This document shows positions 40,691-53,766 of a stretch of DNA of 64,000 nucleotides, piece after piece. The position numbers were made by a program, and so were the translations under genes. How positions within the stretch are numbered: the first letter of the stretch is position 1; each line of letters opens with the position of its first letter. A model generated the notes under the pieces. That model was not told where the DNA came from. It saw only the letters and a list, made by a program, of their open reading frames with translations, and ran no database searches. Source of the DNA: Octopus sinensis (Eukaryota); assembly GCF_006345805.1 (NCBI RefSeq), contig NC_043008.1, positions 76,818,001-76,882,000 on the forward strand, written 5' to 3'.

Positions 40691-40892
40691 TACCGTTTAA
40701 GTAAAGCCTTCGATAAGGTCGACCATCGATACTGGCAGCTGTTCTCAAGGCTGCCGGTTTCGGTTCAGTCTTCCGTGGTGGATCGCTGCTTTGTACAGCA
40801 ACATCTGCTCGGGGATACGGGTGAACGGTCACCTTTCGGAGCCGTTTGACATCTCGCGTTCGGTTCGCCAATGATGCCCTCTCTCCTCCCTC

Positions 40893-42137
40893 TTGTACGT
40901 ATTGACTCTCGAGCCATTACTGCGCAAGTTGGAGGCTTTGAGGGGTATCCTGCGCGATCTAGGAGGTGGAAACAGCGTGTCTGCCTATGCCGACGACGTC
41001 ACCGTGATGGTGTCGAGCCACAGGCACATTGACCTGATTGACGAGACACTAAGCGAGTACGAAGCGGTGACAGGGGCAAAGATTAACGCGGAAAAGGCCG
41101 TGGGCTTGCAACTGGGCACCTGGAGAGGCAAGTCCATGCCGTCCAACAGTGTCGTAGGGCGCTCGACAGACGGACCCGTTAAACTGCTCGGTGTCTGGTT
41201 CGGTCCAGACCTCCAGGTGGATAAAAACTGGGAAGAGGTGACGAATCTCACCCAGAAATGGGCCGAGAGGAAGCTGTCCCTGAAAAGTCGAGCGGAGATG
41301 GCGAATGCGTACATCGCATCCGTTATCTATTACCGATTGACCGTCGTCCCTTGTCCCGACCGCTGGTTGGCCAAGCTGGTGCGCTTGCTCTTCGACTTCT
41401 TGTGGAAGAGTCAGGTACCACTGGTCAGGCGATCCATCTGCTGTCAACGGCCGCTGAACGGAGGCCTTGGCATGCCGTGGTTACTGATGCGCAAACATGC
41501 GCTCAGGCTACGGCATCTCAAGTGTTTCGTAGACGGTGAACAGGTGTGGTCATCTTTTGTCAGACGCGACTTTCCGCAGCTCGTCTCTTTGACAGAGTTG
41601 CAGTCTTGGATCAAATGCCGACCGAGAAAGGGCGCTTGGCACCTCGAGTGCCGTCAAGCTCTCTCTGCCCTCCACCAGGCGGGCAATGCGATCGGTAGTG
41701 GTTCCACTCTAGCGTTCTATAGCGGTTTAGTGGAAGAAAAGTGCGACGACGTTCTCGGGGAAACTCTAGGTGTTGACGATAACGAGCTAAACAGTCTGTT
41801 CGGGAGAACTTTCGGGCCGATGCCAATGGATAATTTCCAAAGGGCTCTCGCCTGGCAGTGCTACCGAGGGGCTCTGCCTGTTCGGGATAAACTCTACCGG
41901 CACGGAAGTGCCGTCAGACGGGCCTGCCCGAGGTGCGCCCAGGACGACGAAACCGTTCTGAACGCACTCGTCCAGTGCCCGAGTATTTCTGAACTATGGG
42001 TTTATGTCGAACAGCTACTGTCACGTATAGGATGGATCCGGCTATCAGCTGAATCCATAGTGAGGATTGCCCCGCCGACCTCCTTTAACCGGGAGGGCAA
42101 AACAGTTTTCCTTTGCCTAGTGGCTGTAGCGATATAG
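40893..42137 (+). pseudogene. open remnant of LINE ORF2 (RT C-terminal half plus zinc-binding domain, 414 aa)
   Basis: Longest ORF in the track; contains SAYADDVTV. The upstream RT is broken by a stop and frameshifts. Confidence 0.8.
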
Positions 42138-42339
42138 GTGATATGGTGGACCCGTTTGAAAGGGCTAAGGTCAGACACTTTCCTCTTTGGCCAAGGCTTC
42201 ATCAACTTTTTCAAGTTTCACTTGAAAAGGAAGATGAGAGTAGAGAGGGAAGTGATGTCTGGTAGCAAGTTTATTGAAAGTTGGGTGAATGTCACAAGAA
42301 TGGCCAGTATGAACGGACCAATTCTGAGGATACACCTTT

Positions 42340-42567
42340 CTCTTTTATCTCTTTTACTTTTACTTGTTTCAGTCATTTGACTGCGGCCATGCTGGAGCAC
42401 TGCCTTTTAGTCGGGCAAATCGACCCCGGGACTTATTCTTTGTAAGCCCAGTACTTATTCTATTGGTCTCTTTTGCCGAACCGCTAAGTGACGGGGACGT
42501 AAACACACCAGCATCGGTTGTCAAGCAATGCTAGGGGGACAAACACAGACACACAAACACATACACT

Positions 42568-42636
<69 letters not shown>

Positions 42637-42802
42637 CATATATACGACAGGCTTCTTTCAGTTTCCCTCTACCAAATCCACTCACAAGGCATTGGTCGGC
42701 CCGGGGCTATAGCAGAAGACACTTGCCCAAGATGCCACGCAGTGGGACTGAACCCGGAACCATGTGGTTGGTTAGCAAGCTACTTACCACACAGCCACTC
42801 CG
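42340..42802 (-). mobile_element. SINE family A, full length with internal microsatellite
   Basis: Head ggagtggctgtgtggtaag..gggttcagtccc..ttgggcaagtg (CORE-like motif); tail cagtcaaatgactgaaacaag followed by (taaaag)n. Confidence 0.85.
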
Positions 42803-43639
42803 TGGAATTAAAAGGAAATATAAAAGTAGAAAGGGGCTCTCTACCCCGTTTTTGACCAGACTCCCGTGGCTTTTGTGGGTTTTTCCACGAGTAACCTTTC
42901 GAAGCGCCTCCCCCTATTGGGATTTTTAATTGTTACTTATATTTCGTTGTTATCCTGCTTTTGTACACGGACTTTTTCAAACGGACAAAACCATTTGTAA
43001 CTTTCGTCCTGTGTTTTGTCCCTTTATGTTTTAATTGATTTTTGTTAGCCCTTGAGGCCAATAAACGAACGAATTATCATTATTATTATTATTACCCGTT
43101 CTTTTATCCTGTTGAACGACGACAGCTGTAAAGAAACGTGAAGGTGGTTTCCAGTATTATTATTGTACCCAGTGCGTGGAGTTTTTATGAAGAAACCGCT
43201 CTCTACATTTTCACGCATAACCAATACCACTGCCACTTTCCCCACCCCACATCTTACCATCCTCCTTTTTCTCTCTCTATTCCCCTTTCTTCAATGGAGT
43301 ACGTATGAATGAAATATTGGAAGATGTCGCCCTCTCTCTCTCTGCTTCTTTTTCTCTGCCTTCCTCACTATCCCCCAACTCCCTTCCTTCTCCTCCCTCA
43401 CTTTCCTTCATAATATCCGGCACAAGAAAAGTTTTTTTTTTTCTCTTTTATCAAGAAAAGCCTTTTTCCTATTATTCTACTGATTATAAAAACGCGTCCT
43501 CCGTTTAACCCTAAATTTTGATATACAACCAGTTCACTTTGACACACGCATACACACACATAATATGCATGTATTTATGCATATATTACATATACACACA
43601 CATGGTTAACATCGGAATAAGTCTTTATATATATATATA

Positions 43640-43825
<186 letters not shown>

Positions 43826-43967
43826 ACACGCACACACACATATACATAAATATGGATTTCTGATCATATATGGGTGCAGGACGAGTTGTGTACGTACATG
43901 CCTTTGTGTGTAAACACGTATGTGTGTGTGTATTTATGTGAGCGTGCGTGCGTATGTGTGTGTGTGT

Positions 43968-43979
43968 GTATGAATGTGT

Positions 43980-44051
<72 letters not shown>

Positions 44052-44328
44052 CGTGTATATACGGGGACGGTTTTAAACCAATTAGATACATTTGTTCAAA
44101 TTGGATCCCGCACCAAGAGAGGAGCCCGTGCCCACGCTCGAGTGGAGGATGCTATGATGAATTTCTACAATATCACTGTGGCTAATGGGGGGTGTCCTCA
44201 ACGCGTTTTCGCTGGGCTGCTTAAAACTTGAATCTTCAGCTTTTGTACTGTGGAGGACCCTACTGACAAGTATTAATTGGGTCTTACACTTCTTAGCGCC
44301 GGTGCTGTGTATATATTTGTGCCTATGT

Positions 44329-44360
<32 letters not shown>

Positions 44361-44382
44361 GTGTGTGTGTGTGTGTGTGTGT

Positions 44383-44421
<39 letters not shown>

Positions 44422-44707
44422 CGTGTATATACGGGGACGGTTTTAAACCAATTAGATACATTTGTTCAAATTGGATCCCGCACCAAGAGAGGAGCCCGTG
44501 CCCACGCTCGAGTGGAGGATGCTATGATGAATTTCTACAATATCACTGTGGCTAATGGGGGGTGTCCTCAACGCGTTTTCGCTGGGACTGCTTAAAACTT
44601 GAATCTTCAGCTTTTGTACTGTGGAGGACCCTACTGACAAGTATTTAATTGGGTCTTACACTTCTTAGCGCCAGTGCTGTGTATATATTTGTGCCTATGT
44701 GTGTGTG
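43968..44707. repeat. 370-bp direct tandem duplication
   Basis: The unique segment starting 44049 recurs at 44419. Two 1-nt indels and one substitution were seen. Confidence 0.9.
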
Positions 44708-44723
44708 TGTGTGTGTGGTGTGT

Positions 44724-44756
<33 letters not shown>

Positions 44757-44759
44757 TTT

Positions 44760-44950
44760 TCCTTGATACAAATTCTATCATTAGATCATAGGATACATTT
44801 TTATCCATCCTAAGTTAACTGTGTAGCATTCCTCATCAGATATCAGAAATTTTGCCAATGTAGGTCGTACTTTTCTCTCGTCCTATCTTGGCCAAACTTT
44901 ATCCCAACATGATTCAGGAATGTTGTTACCAGCTCAAGACTCTTCTTCAT
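44760..44950 (-). mobile_element. possible R4/Dong fragment
   Basis: cattcctcatcagatat is shared with 30448-30464; the minus strand reads ISDEECY. Confidence 0.35.
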
Positions 44951-45172
44951 GCTATTTACATTTTTGGTATTTTGGAATAACTTTTAGGATGCTCACAAGA
45001 CAGCAATTTATTATCAGGCTGGTGTTTCTGCCTCCCTTTGAGCCAACCACGTATCTTTCAGCAAAAGGCAAGGATTTTACTGAATGGAAAAACAATATCA
45101 CAGAGAGAGAGGGGGGAGAAAGAAAGAAAAGAGAAAGAAAGAAAGAAAGAAAGAAAAAAAAATAAAGAAAAA

Positions 45173-45234
<62 letters not shown>

Positions 45235-45630
45235 CTGCCACTTTAAAAATAACCTTTGCGATAAGTGCACGCTATTAGTTACAATAGAATGACTTAGTGT
45301 TTAGCTTCAGGATGTTAGCCCAAGAAAACATCAGGTTGAGTACGGCCTTCATTGTGGCATGTGCAATCAGTAGGAAACAGAATCAAATGTTTTCTTGTAA
45401 CCAATTCAGACTACGACTAACTTTTTCTCATAACCAGCACACATTTGATATCGCACTTTTGTAAAGAATTAGAAGTTGTTTTGCACGTCTCCAAACTTCG
45501 TTGTAACCGGCTCCGGAATCAGCTGTGATTAAAATGTCCTAAAACAATTGAAGCAGGTAGCATATTTGGATGAGAATTTAGATGTAACTCTCGAGGCATT
45601 TCCTTCTTTTTTGGTTTTATACACACACAC

Positions 45631-45693
<63 letters not shown>

Positions 45694-46409
45694 TTATATG
45701 CTATACAAATGCGAGTGTATGTGGTTATGTATGTGTGTTTAGCCCCAAAAGGCTTGGTAACTCGAAAAGAATTAATCTGTTTCTGAAATCTGCATCCTAA
45801 AACAGTGTCTTTCGTAAATGATTATAAAATAAAAAATGTAATTACCTCCGAAAAATAACTCAACTTTTAGATCGACAACTCTTCCACTCTCTATCACCAA
45901 CATTCTATCTCTATTATTTACGATACTCTTTGACACTTACTCTCTTTGTTTAGTAATAACGCTTACGCTTAACTTTAATTTTGTTTAAAAGTTGTTCTAC
46001 TAATGTTTACTTCCACATCATAAGAGCGATTACGCACAAATTTTTTTTTTTCTGATTGGATAAGAATGATCAAACTTTAAACTACTGTAACATTTTTCTA
46101 AATTTTTCTTTGAACAAATGAGCCGTGAAAAAGTACATCAATATATTAAATTTTGAAATTTTTACTTAATTTTCAAAATTTCTTTTCATTAAAGTTTCCC
46201 CACCGCTCATAATTTGCAAGGGTAAAATGGAGACATGTATCAAAAATTCTCGTCAAGGCGGCGAAAATCCAACTTAAAATAGAAGCACTCTTTTGGAATT
46301 CGTCTTTGAAGGATATTCCTATACCATCTAGAAAGGAATATATAATTTTCTAGATGGTGTAATTTAATTGTTCATTTTGAATTGATAAAAGGTGGGTTTT
46401 TTCTAATTT

Positions 46410-46946
<537 letters not shown>

Positions 46947-46974
46947 CACATATATATATAAATATATATATATA

Positions 46975-47256
46975 TCACCGTGACCGACCAGGTTATCAGA
47001 TGTTGCTACACATCGCTGGTCACGATGCGCTTCGCATTGTTTTAGCCTTCAAATGACGCCACCCCACTATCTAAGCGAGCAGGCCAACAGAAGAAAGAGT
47101 GAAAGTTGTGGCGAAAGAGTACAGCAGGGATCGCCATCACTCCCTGCAGGAGCCTTGTTGAGCTTTAGGTGTTTTCGCTCAATAAACATTCACAACGCCC
47201 GGTCTGGAAATCGAAACCGCGAGTCCGCTGCCCTAACCACTGGGCCATTGCGCCTC

Positions 47257-47257
<1 letters not shown>
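46975..47257 (-). mobile_element. SINE family B variant (same head, different tail)
   Basis: Head and centre match 33331-33505 apart from a short internal deletion; the 3' part is unrelated to 33510-33711. Confidence 0.8.
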
Positions 47258-47287
<30 letters not shown>

Positions 47288-47409
47288 GTATATATATATA
47301 TGTGTGTGTGTGTATGTATATTTACATATTATGTGTGTATAAAATTTTTTTCACATTTATCTCTCACTATCTATCTGTCTATATCTTATCTATCTATATA
47401 TATCTTATT

Positions 47410-48540
47410 TGTCTAGATAGCTAGCTCCTCTCTATATATCTCACTCGATTGTTTTCACTTTCATGTTTAGATGCTATTGTTTTCACTGTAAGTTTTCAAT
47501 CGCTATTTACAAACATCAACAAATTACTGACAGAAAGAAGCTCTCAATTACTGATGAAAGTAATTTCATACATAATTTATTGACAGAAGGAATATCACTT
47601 CAATCCGTACACTTCGTTAAATTTTGCTACAAATTTCTTATTTACTTTTGCAACATTACATGTTTTTTTTATGGAATTACTCATTTGCTGACAGAAGTAA
47701 CTACAAAAACTTCACTTAAATCCGTACACTTACTTAATTTCCCTAAAAATTTCTCATTTACTTTTGCAACGGTTTTGTGTTCTCTTGTTGTTAACGGCTT
47801 TTTTTTTTCTGGTTCCTTCGATACTGGATCTTTGGTTCGCTTCAACTCATACAATTCTTTATTTTCTGGAAAAACTTCTTATTTACTTTCTGCCCGTCGT
47901 ATTAACAAATGTAACTAGCATTACCTAGTTATTTTCATTGTTTAGTATCTTCGGCACCCATGTATTTCTGTATACGTATATAACCACGCCTAGAAGGAAA
48001 GTGTCAAATTTGTCTACAATATCAAGGTCAGCCAAAAGGATGTCTTTGTCCAGAGAAAGAGAGACAGCTGCAGAAAGGGAAGCATGCCAAGAAACGAACA
48101 GAATGTGCACTACAAAAGCCACAGCATCTCAAAGTGACGAACAGTGGAATGCACAGCTGACAAAGAATAGGATCTCCACTGCAGCACAGAGAACAGTTGC
48201 AACAGCCCAGAGAAGCTTTCAATTATGATCCAGCAATTCATTATGCTGATGACACTAGAGTTTCCATTGGTAAAATTACAACTGAGTGTATGCATTGTAA
48301 AGTAAGAAAGTGGCCTGGAGAGACACCTGCACTGTGCTGCAGTGGTGGAATGATTAAACTCCCTGCAATTGCCCAATCTCCAGAGCCATTGAAGAAACTG
48401 TTGTCATCAGCTGACCAAAATTCCAAGCACTTCCAAAATAAAATTAGACAAAACAACGCTGCGCTACTGATGACATCATTGAGAGCCACAAGAGATTTAA
48501 CTGAGCCAGGATTAGTGCAAACTTTCAAATAATCCCAAGC
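47410..48540 (+). mobile_element. Helitron RepHel 5' relic
   Basis: AFNYDPAIHY..VSIG..C.HC..KWPGET..CCSGG.IKLP..PEPLKKLL..HF.NKIR..MTSL..TFK. This is typical of the RepHel N-terminus and is preceded by a charged repeat region. Confidence 0.8.
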
Positions 48541-48849
48541 TTTATATAATTTGCTTTGCGGGAAGGACTGTTTCAGTGAAGTCGCGTCTTGTCCTTACCT
48601 TCGTAACGCGGAGTAGACGAAAGAGGGACAACTGAAGAAGGGGAATATTCCTTATGTTGTATGTCTTGTACTCTGTTTTTTCGTTATTTGAAAAAAGTTC
48701 GTTTCTATGTTCTTGCTTTTATGTTTTCGTTTCTCATTGTGTTCAACCTTTTTTTTTTATATCCTGTAGCCATATATGCATGTATATATACATATACATG
48801 TAGGAATGTACATATATGCATGTATATATGCATATATTTATATAATATA

Positions 48850-49205
48850 CTAGCACTATGACCCGGCAACGCCGGGTCGTAATGCTAGTGCATGCATATA
48901 CAGCTGCGTGCGTGCGCACATACACGCGAGTACTGTCCAAATCTCCGACCAATCACATACAGCTAGCTGGCATTCAATTGCCGTATTAAGTTTCGGACAT
49001 TTTGATTGGTTTTGGATAGAAAATTCACAAAAAAGTCACTTCTATTGATTTTTTAATGGGTTGGCGGGGTGACTGGGGAAATGTAAAGATGTGCTCGACC
49101 ACCCTTGGACGGTTTTGAATGACCATAGAAAGTGCTAGCCCTCTAACTGAAAAATTGTGGATTTGTATAAAGCACACGCACGCAGACATTTTGCCATATA
49201 TATAT
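48850..49205 (-). mobile_element. non-autonomous Helitron
   Basis: The minus strand starts near (AT)n-ggcaaaatgtctgcgtg and ends cccggcgttgccgggtcatagtgCTAG|T. Confidence 0.6.
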
Positions 49206-49265
49206 ATATGTGTGAAAGCGGGTAGCCAAGTGGTTTGTATTTTGCAACTACTGTCGCTAGTATGT

Positions 49266-49350
<85 letters not shown>

Positions 49351-49357
<7 letters not shown>

Positions 49358-49895
49358 AAAGGGCTTAGTAAAATAAATTACTTTGTCGCATACTGAACTC
49401 ATTAGAAATAGCAGCTAAAAAAACTTTTTTAAAGCTATTTCTAATACTTAAAGAAAACCTCTCTCATATAGTGTTTGCTCAACTCAAGGGGAGAACAGAA
49501 ATTCTTCGCTTGCATTTTTGAGTTTGCTGGCACTGTTAGTTTCGAGCAGATCTTCAGAAGCGATAAGAAGCCGAAAGGGTATGCTCCCACTTTCAGTGTT
49601 TTCAAATCCAAACCAGGGAGTTCTGAGCTGATGATAGAAATGTCGAGTTTGACTAATCTTGAAACGTACGTTCTCAAATAACCTTTGCATTTGATTTTTT
49701 AATGTCTCTACCCCCATACTTTCGTGAGTTGAGTTGAGTTGAGTTGAGTTGAGTTGAGTTGAGTTGAGCAAACACTATATGAGAGAGGTTTTCTTTAAGT
49801 ATTAGAAATAGCTTTAAAAAAGTTTTTTTAGCTGCTATTTCTAATGAGTTCAGTATGCGGCAAAGTAATTTATTTTACTAAGCCCTTTTATATAA
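49351..49895. repeat. fold-back element with 137-bp arms and (GAGTT)n at the inner junction
   Basis: 49351-49487 is the reverse complement of 49759-49895 (one mismatch seen). (GAGTT)n spans 49725-49768. Confidence 0.85.
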
Positions 49896-49983
49896 TGTAA
49901 TAATTTGAATTCGCCTTAATTGGTCCCTTTGCATACTGAATACTTGGTGAAATTGATTAATTAATTAATTTTACCCTCAATTG

Positions 49984-50017
<34 letters not shown>

Positions 50018-50019
<2 letters not shown>

Positions 50020-50245
50020 CTTTACTGCCCACAAAGGGCTAAACATAGAGGGGACAAACAAGGACAGACAAAGGGATTAAGTCGATTACATCGACCCTAG
50101 TGCGTAACTGGTACTTTATTTATCGACCCCGAAAGGATGAAAGGCAAAGTCAACCTCGGCGGAATATGAACTCAGAACGTAACGGCAGACGAAATACGGC
50201 TACGCATTTCACCCGGCGTGCTAACGTTTCTGCCAGCTCACCGCT
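50018..50245 (-). mobile_element. SINE family C, full length
   Basis: Minus strand: gcggtgagctggcagaaacgttagc..gagttcatattcc..gactttgcctttcatcctttcggggtcgataaataaagtaccag. Confidence 0.8.
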
Positions 50246-50325
50246 GGCAGAAATTATATATATTGTATATATAAATATATAATTATATATATTGTTTATA
50301 TGTATATATATATTATATATATATA

Positions 50326-50356
<31 letters not shown>

Positions 50357-50428
50357 ATACATATATATATATGTATATATATATGTGTGTGTGTGAGTGT
50401 GTATATATATACATGTATATATATGTAC

Positions 50429-51180
50429 TTTTTTTTTATCTAGTTTCAGCTCACGAGCTGTGGCCATGCTGGGGCGCCGCCATTTGGTGTTGCTACATGA
50501 TTTTACTTCATGAATACTTTTTAGCATTTGCATTAGGTGCATGAGAGAGTTCGATGCAGCTGCCCTCATCTGCACCTCCTGCCGTGAAGTTGGTTCATCT
50601 GGGACACCTGATAGGAAGAAATCCAGTTTTATTTTAAAGACATCTGCATCCACCCCATGCAGGTCTCTCAGGTTCTTCGGGAGGATATTGAAGAACTGTG
50701 GGCTTCTGAAGCCCAGGCTATCACAGTATCTTGTCCTACATCTTGATGGCAAATTTGGAGTCCTTGGCACTATGCAGTGGCGCCCAGTTCTAGCATTTGT
50801 GTAATTCTCGATGCCAAAGTTTGGGACAAGTCCTTCTAGGATCTTCCAGATGTATATTATGGCATATCTTTCTCGCCTACGCTCTAAGGAATAGAGTCTT
50901 AATCTCTTGAGTCTTTCCCAGTAGCTTATATGCTGCACAGAGGCTATCTTCTTCGTGTAGCTTCGTTGGATCGTCTCAAGTTCTGTAATTAACTTGACAC
51001 TGGATGGTGACCATAGCTGAGAGCAATAGTCAAAGTGGCTTAGGACAAGTGTCCTCCAGAGGACCATCATGGTATCTTGTTCTCTTGTTCTAAATGTTCT
51101 AAGAATCCATCCTGCCAGCCGCCTACATTTCATTGCCAATTTAGCAACATGCACATGAAAGGTTGCATCATCACTCATGT
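50429..51180 (-). mobile_element. CR1/L2-like LINE 3' end
   Basis: GWILRTFRTR..LSHFDYCSQLWSP..LETIQRSYTK..YWERLKRL.LYSLERRRERY. The tail is ccagcatggccacagctcgtgagctgaaac followed by an A run. Confidence 0.9.
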
Positions 51181-51211
51181 AAATATAGATATATGTATAT
51201 GTATATATATA

Positions 51212-51247
<36 letters not shown>

Positions 51248-51450
51248 AATATATATATATATATATATATATTATATAACACATATGCATGTATATATTT
51301 ATATACATGTATATATATATATAATATATATATTATATATATATGATGTATATATATATATACATATATATATATAATGCATATATATACATATGTATAT
51401 ACAAATGTATGTATATATACACACACATATATATATTATATATGTGTGTG

Positions 51451-51499
<49 letters not shown>

Positions 51500-51503
<4 letters not shown>

Positions 51504-51712
51504 CGCTATGTTGATTCGTTAGCTCCTGCATGCATTTCTTCTCTCCTTGTTTCTCTCCGTGTTTCTTTTCTGTGTATCTTTCGTTAAAGAGCGTAGGCTC
51601 GAAATGTAAAAGACTTGTTTTATTTCTATTCCTGAGCGCCATACTAATACAATTGTTTGTTTGTACTCCACCTGCCTTCGTCTTTTGTTTATTTTCGTAA
51701 AGCTTCCTGTTA
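51500..51712 (+). mobile_element. pLTR-like repeat with hammerhead-like motif (copy of 32678-32872)
   Basis: TCTTT-CGTTAAA-GAGcgtaggCTC-GAAA-T-GTA-AAAGA at 51577-51613, flanked by (TA)n. Confidence 0.6.
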
Positions 51713-52069
51713 TATATATATATATATATGTGTGTATGTATGTATGTATGTATGTATGTATGTATGTATGTATGTATGTATGTATGTATGTATGTATGTA
51801 TACATATAAAAATGGAACAAAAATTGCAATAGAGTACAATAAAACTTTCGGACTGATAGACGATACAAGGCGGACAAGAGAAACAATTAGATGGACAACC
51901 AAAAAAAAGACGGTTCATTCGTGGCCTTCTTTCCTCGGTCAAGTCCCAAGTCACAACCCTTTCGGGCAGTTACACTTGAGATGGTTCGATCTGGTTGCCC
52001 CAAAAATGTCTAAGCTAAGAACATTAGACCCCTTTGTAAGAAAGCTAGCGAATGTGTAATGTATGTGTG

Positions 52070-52297
52070 TGTGTGTGTGTGTTTGTACTCCCACCATCGC
52101 TTGATAACCGATGTTGCTATGGTTACGCCCGCGTAACTCAGCAGATACACTGATAGAATAAGTACTAGGCTAGTACTGGGGTAGATTTCTTTGACTAAAA
52201 GTCGTGCTCCAGTATGGCCGCTGTCACATGACCGAAAGAAGTAAAACAATAAGACTATGTCTTTTTAACTCCGAGCAACGCCGGGTATCTCTGCTAG
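52070..52297 (+). mobile_element. SINE family A 3' half joined to a Helitron-type 3' end
   Basis: Same arrangement as 7345-7608; hairpin ccgagcaacgccggg, then CTAG at 52294-52297. Confidence 0.7.
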
Positions 52298-53185
52298 TAT
52301 GTGTGTGTGTGCTTGTATGTGTGTGTATGTATATGTATGTACGTATGTATTTCTGTGTGAGCGTGTGCACGTGTGTGTGTGTATGTGTGGGTGTTTGTAT
52401 ATGTGTTTATGCGTGCGTGCGTATGTCTACGTACCAAAATAGACAGGCTGCGTTATGTGGAGAGGGTGGGATTAAAAAACGCTAAATATGCTGGGGGTGG
52501 TCGAATAACCGACATATTATTTGGAGAGAAACTGAAGGTCATAGAAGGATAGTCAGGGGATAGTGGTAAGAAGTAGACATATGCTGGCGGTGGCAGTGGG
52601 CAAGGTGGTGATGGCGGTTATTAGGGTTATAGGATAATGGTGGTGGTGGCGTTGGTGGTGGCGGTGGTAGTTGGGGGGGTAGTGGTGGTTAGCGATGGGA
52701 GTGTATTTTACTGTTACTGTTATTATAGCTGACAGCACTGCTACAATTTCATACACAATGCAAATATGTACATTTACTCACACACACATACACACATGCA
52801 CACACAGAGATAAATAGATATACACCCATATATGCATGTGTGTATATCTATTTATCTCTCTCTCTTTCATTATATATATATATATATATCTGTCTATAAA
52901 ACCACACAGCCTGAACCTATGTGTGTGTGTATGAGTGTGTGTCTATGAGTGTGTGTATGTGTATGTATGTGTGTATGTGAATAAGCGTGTGTGTATGAAT
53001 GTGTATGTGTGTAAAAAAGTGACTGGCGGACAGACTTTGATTGAAATATTACAAAATCATAGGCACCCTTTCGACCTACCTAGAATATTGAGTTCTAAAC
53101 TAGATATTTTCACCATGTATATATAACTGCACGAGTATATATTTTACAGTACATATATACATGTGTGTGTATCTTTATCTATCTA

Positions 53186-53239
<54 letters not shown>

Positions 53240-53266
53240 CTCTTTTTCCGTATCTATATATATATG

Positions 53267-53334
<68 letters not shown>

Positions 53335-53750
53335 TCTTTTACTCTTTTACTTGTTTCAGTTATTTGACTGTGGCGATGCTGGAGCACTGCCTTTAGTCGA
53401 ACAAATCGACCCCAGGACTTGTTCTTTGTAAGCATAGTACTTATTCTATCAGTCTCTGTTGACGAACCGCTAAGTTACGGTGACGTAAACACACCAGCAT
53501 CGGTTGTCAAGCGATGATAGGGGGACAAATACGGACACAACACACACACACACGCACACGCACACATACACACACACATACATATACAATGGGCTTCTTT
53601 CAGTTTCCATCTACCAAATCCACTCACAAGGCTTTGGTCGGTCCAAGGCCATAGTAGAAGACACTTGCCCAAGGTGCCATGCAGGAGGACTGAACCCGGA
53701 ACCATGTTGTTGGTTAGCAAGCTACTTACCACTCAGCCACTCCTGCGCCT
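53335..53750 (-). mobile_element. SINE family A, full length
   Basis: Collinear with 42340-42802. Confidence 0.85.
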
Positions 53751-53766
53751 ATAAAAATTTGCTAAC

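Larger units (their letters stand above)
40700..43075 (+). mobile_element. Tx1/L1-clade LINE, 5'-truncated, with 3' UTR interrupted by a SINE
   Basis: KAFDKVDH, SVRQ*CPLS.LLYVL.LEP, YADD, zf-RVT-like CPRC..DETV.NALVQCP. The 3' UTR has AATAAA then (ATT)n. Confidence 0.9.

Noticed and set aside
44049-44330. Protein-like ORFs in the duplicated unit
   Set aside because: Short frames opened by flanking (TG)n, frameshifted between the two copies, with no recognisable domain.
49520-49565. CTGAAGA..GAAAC hammerhead on the minus strand
   Set aside because: Stem II does not pair and the cleavage triplet would be GUG; kept only as a possible relic.
50150-51178. 342-aa ORF as an intact gene
   Set aside because: It is the C-terminal part of a CR1/L2-like ORF2 reading through its 3' tail into microsatellite and SINE sequence.
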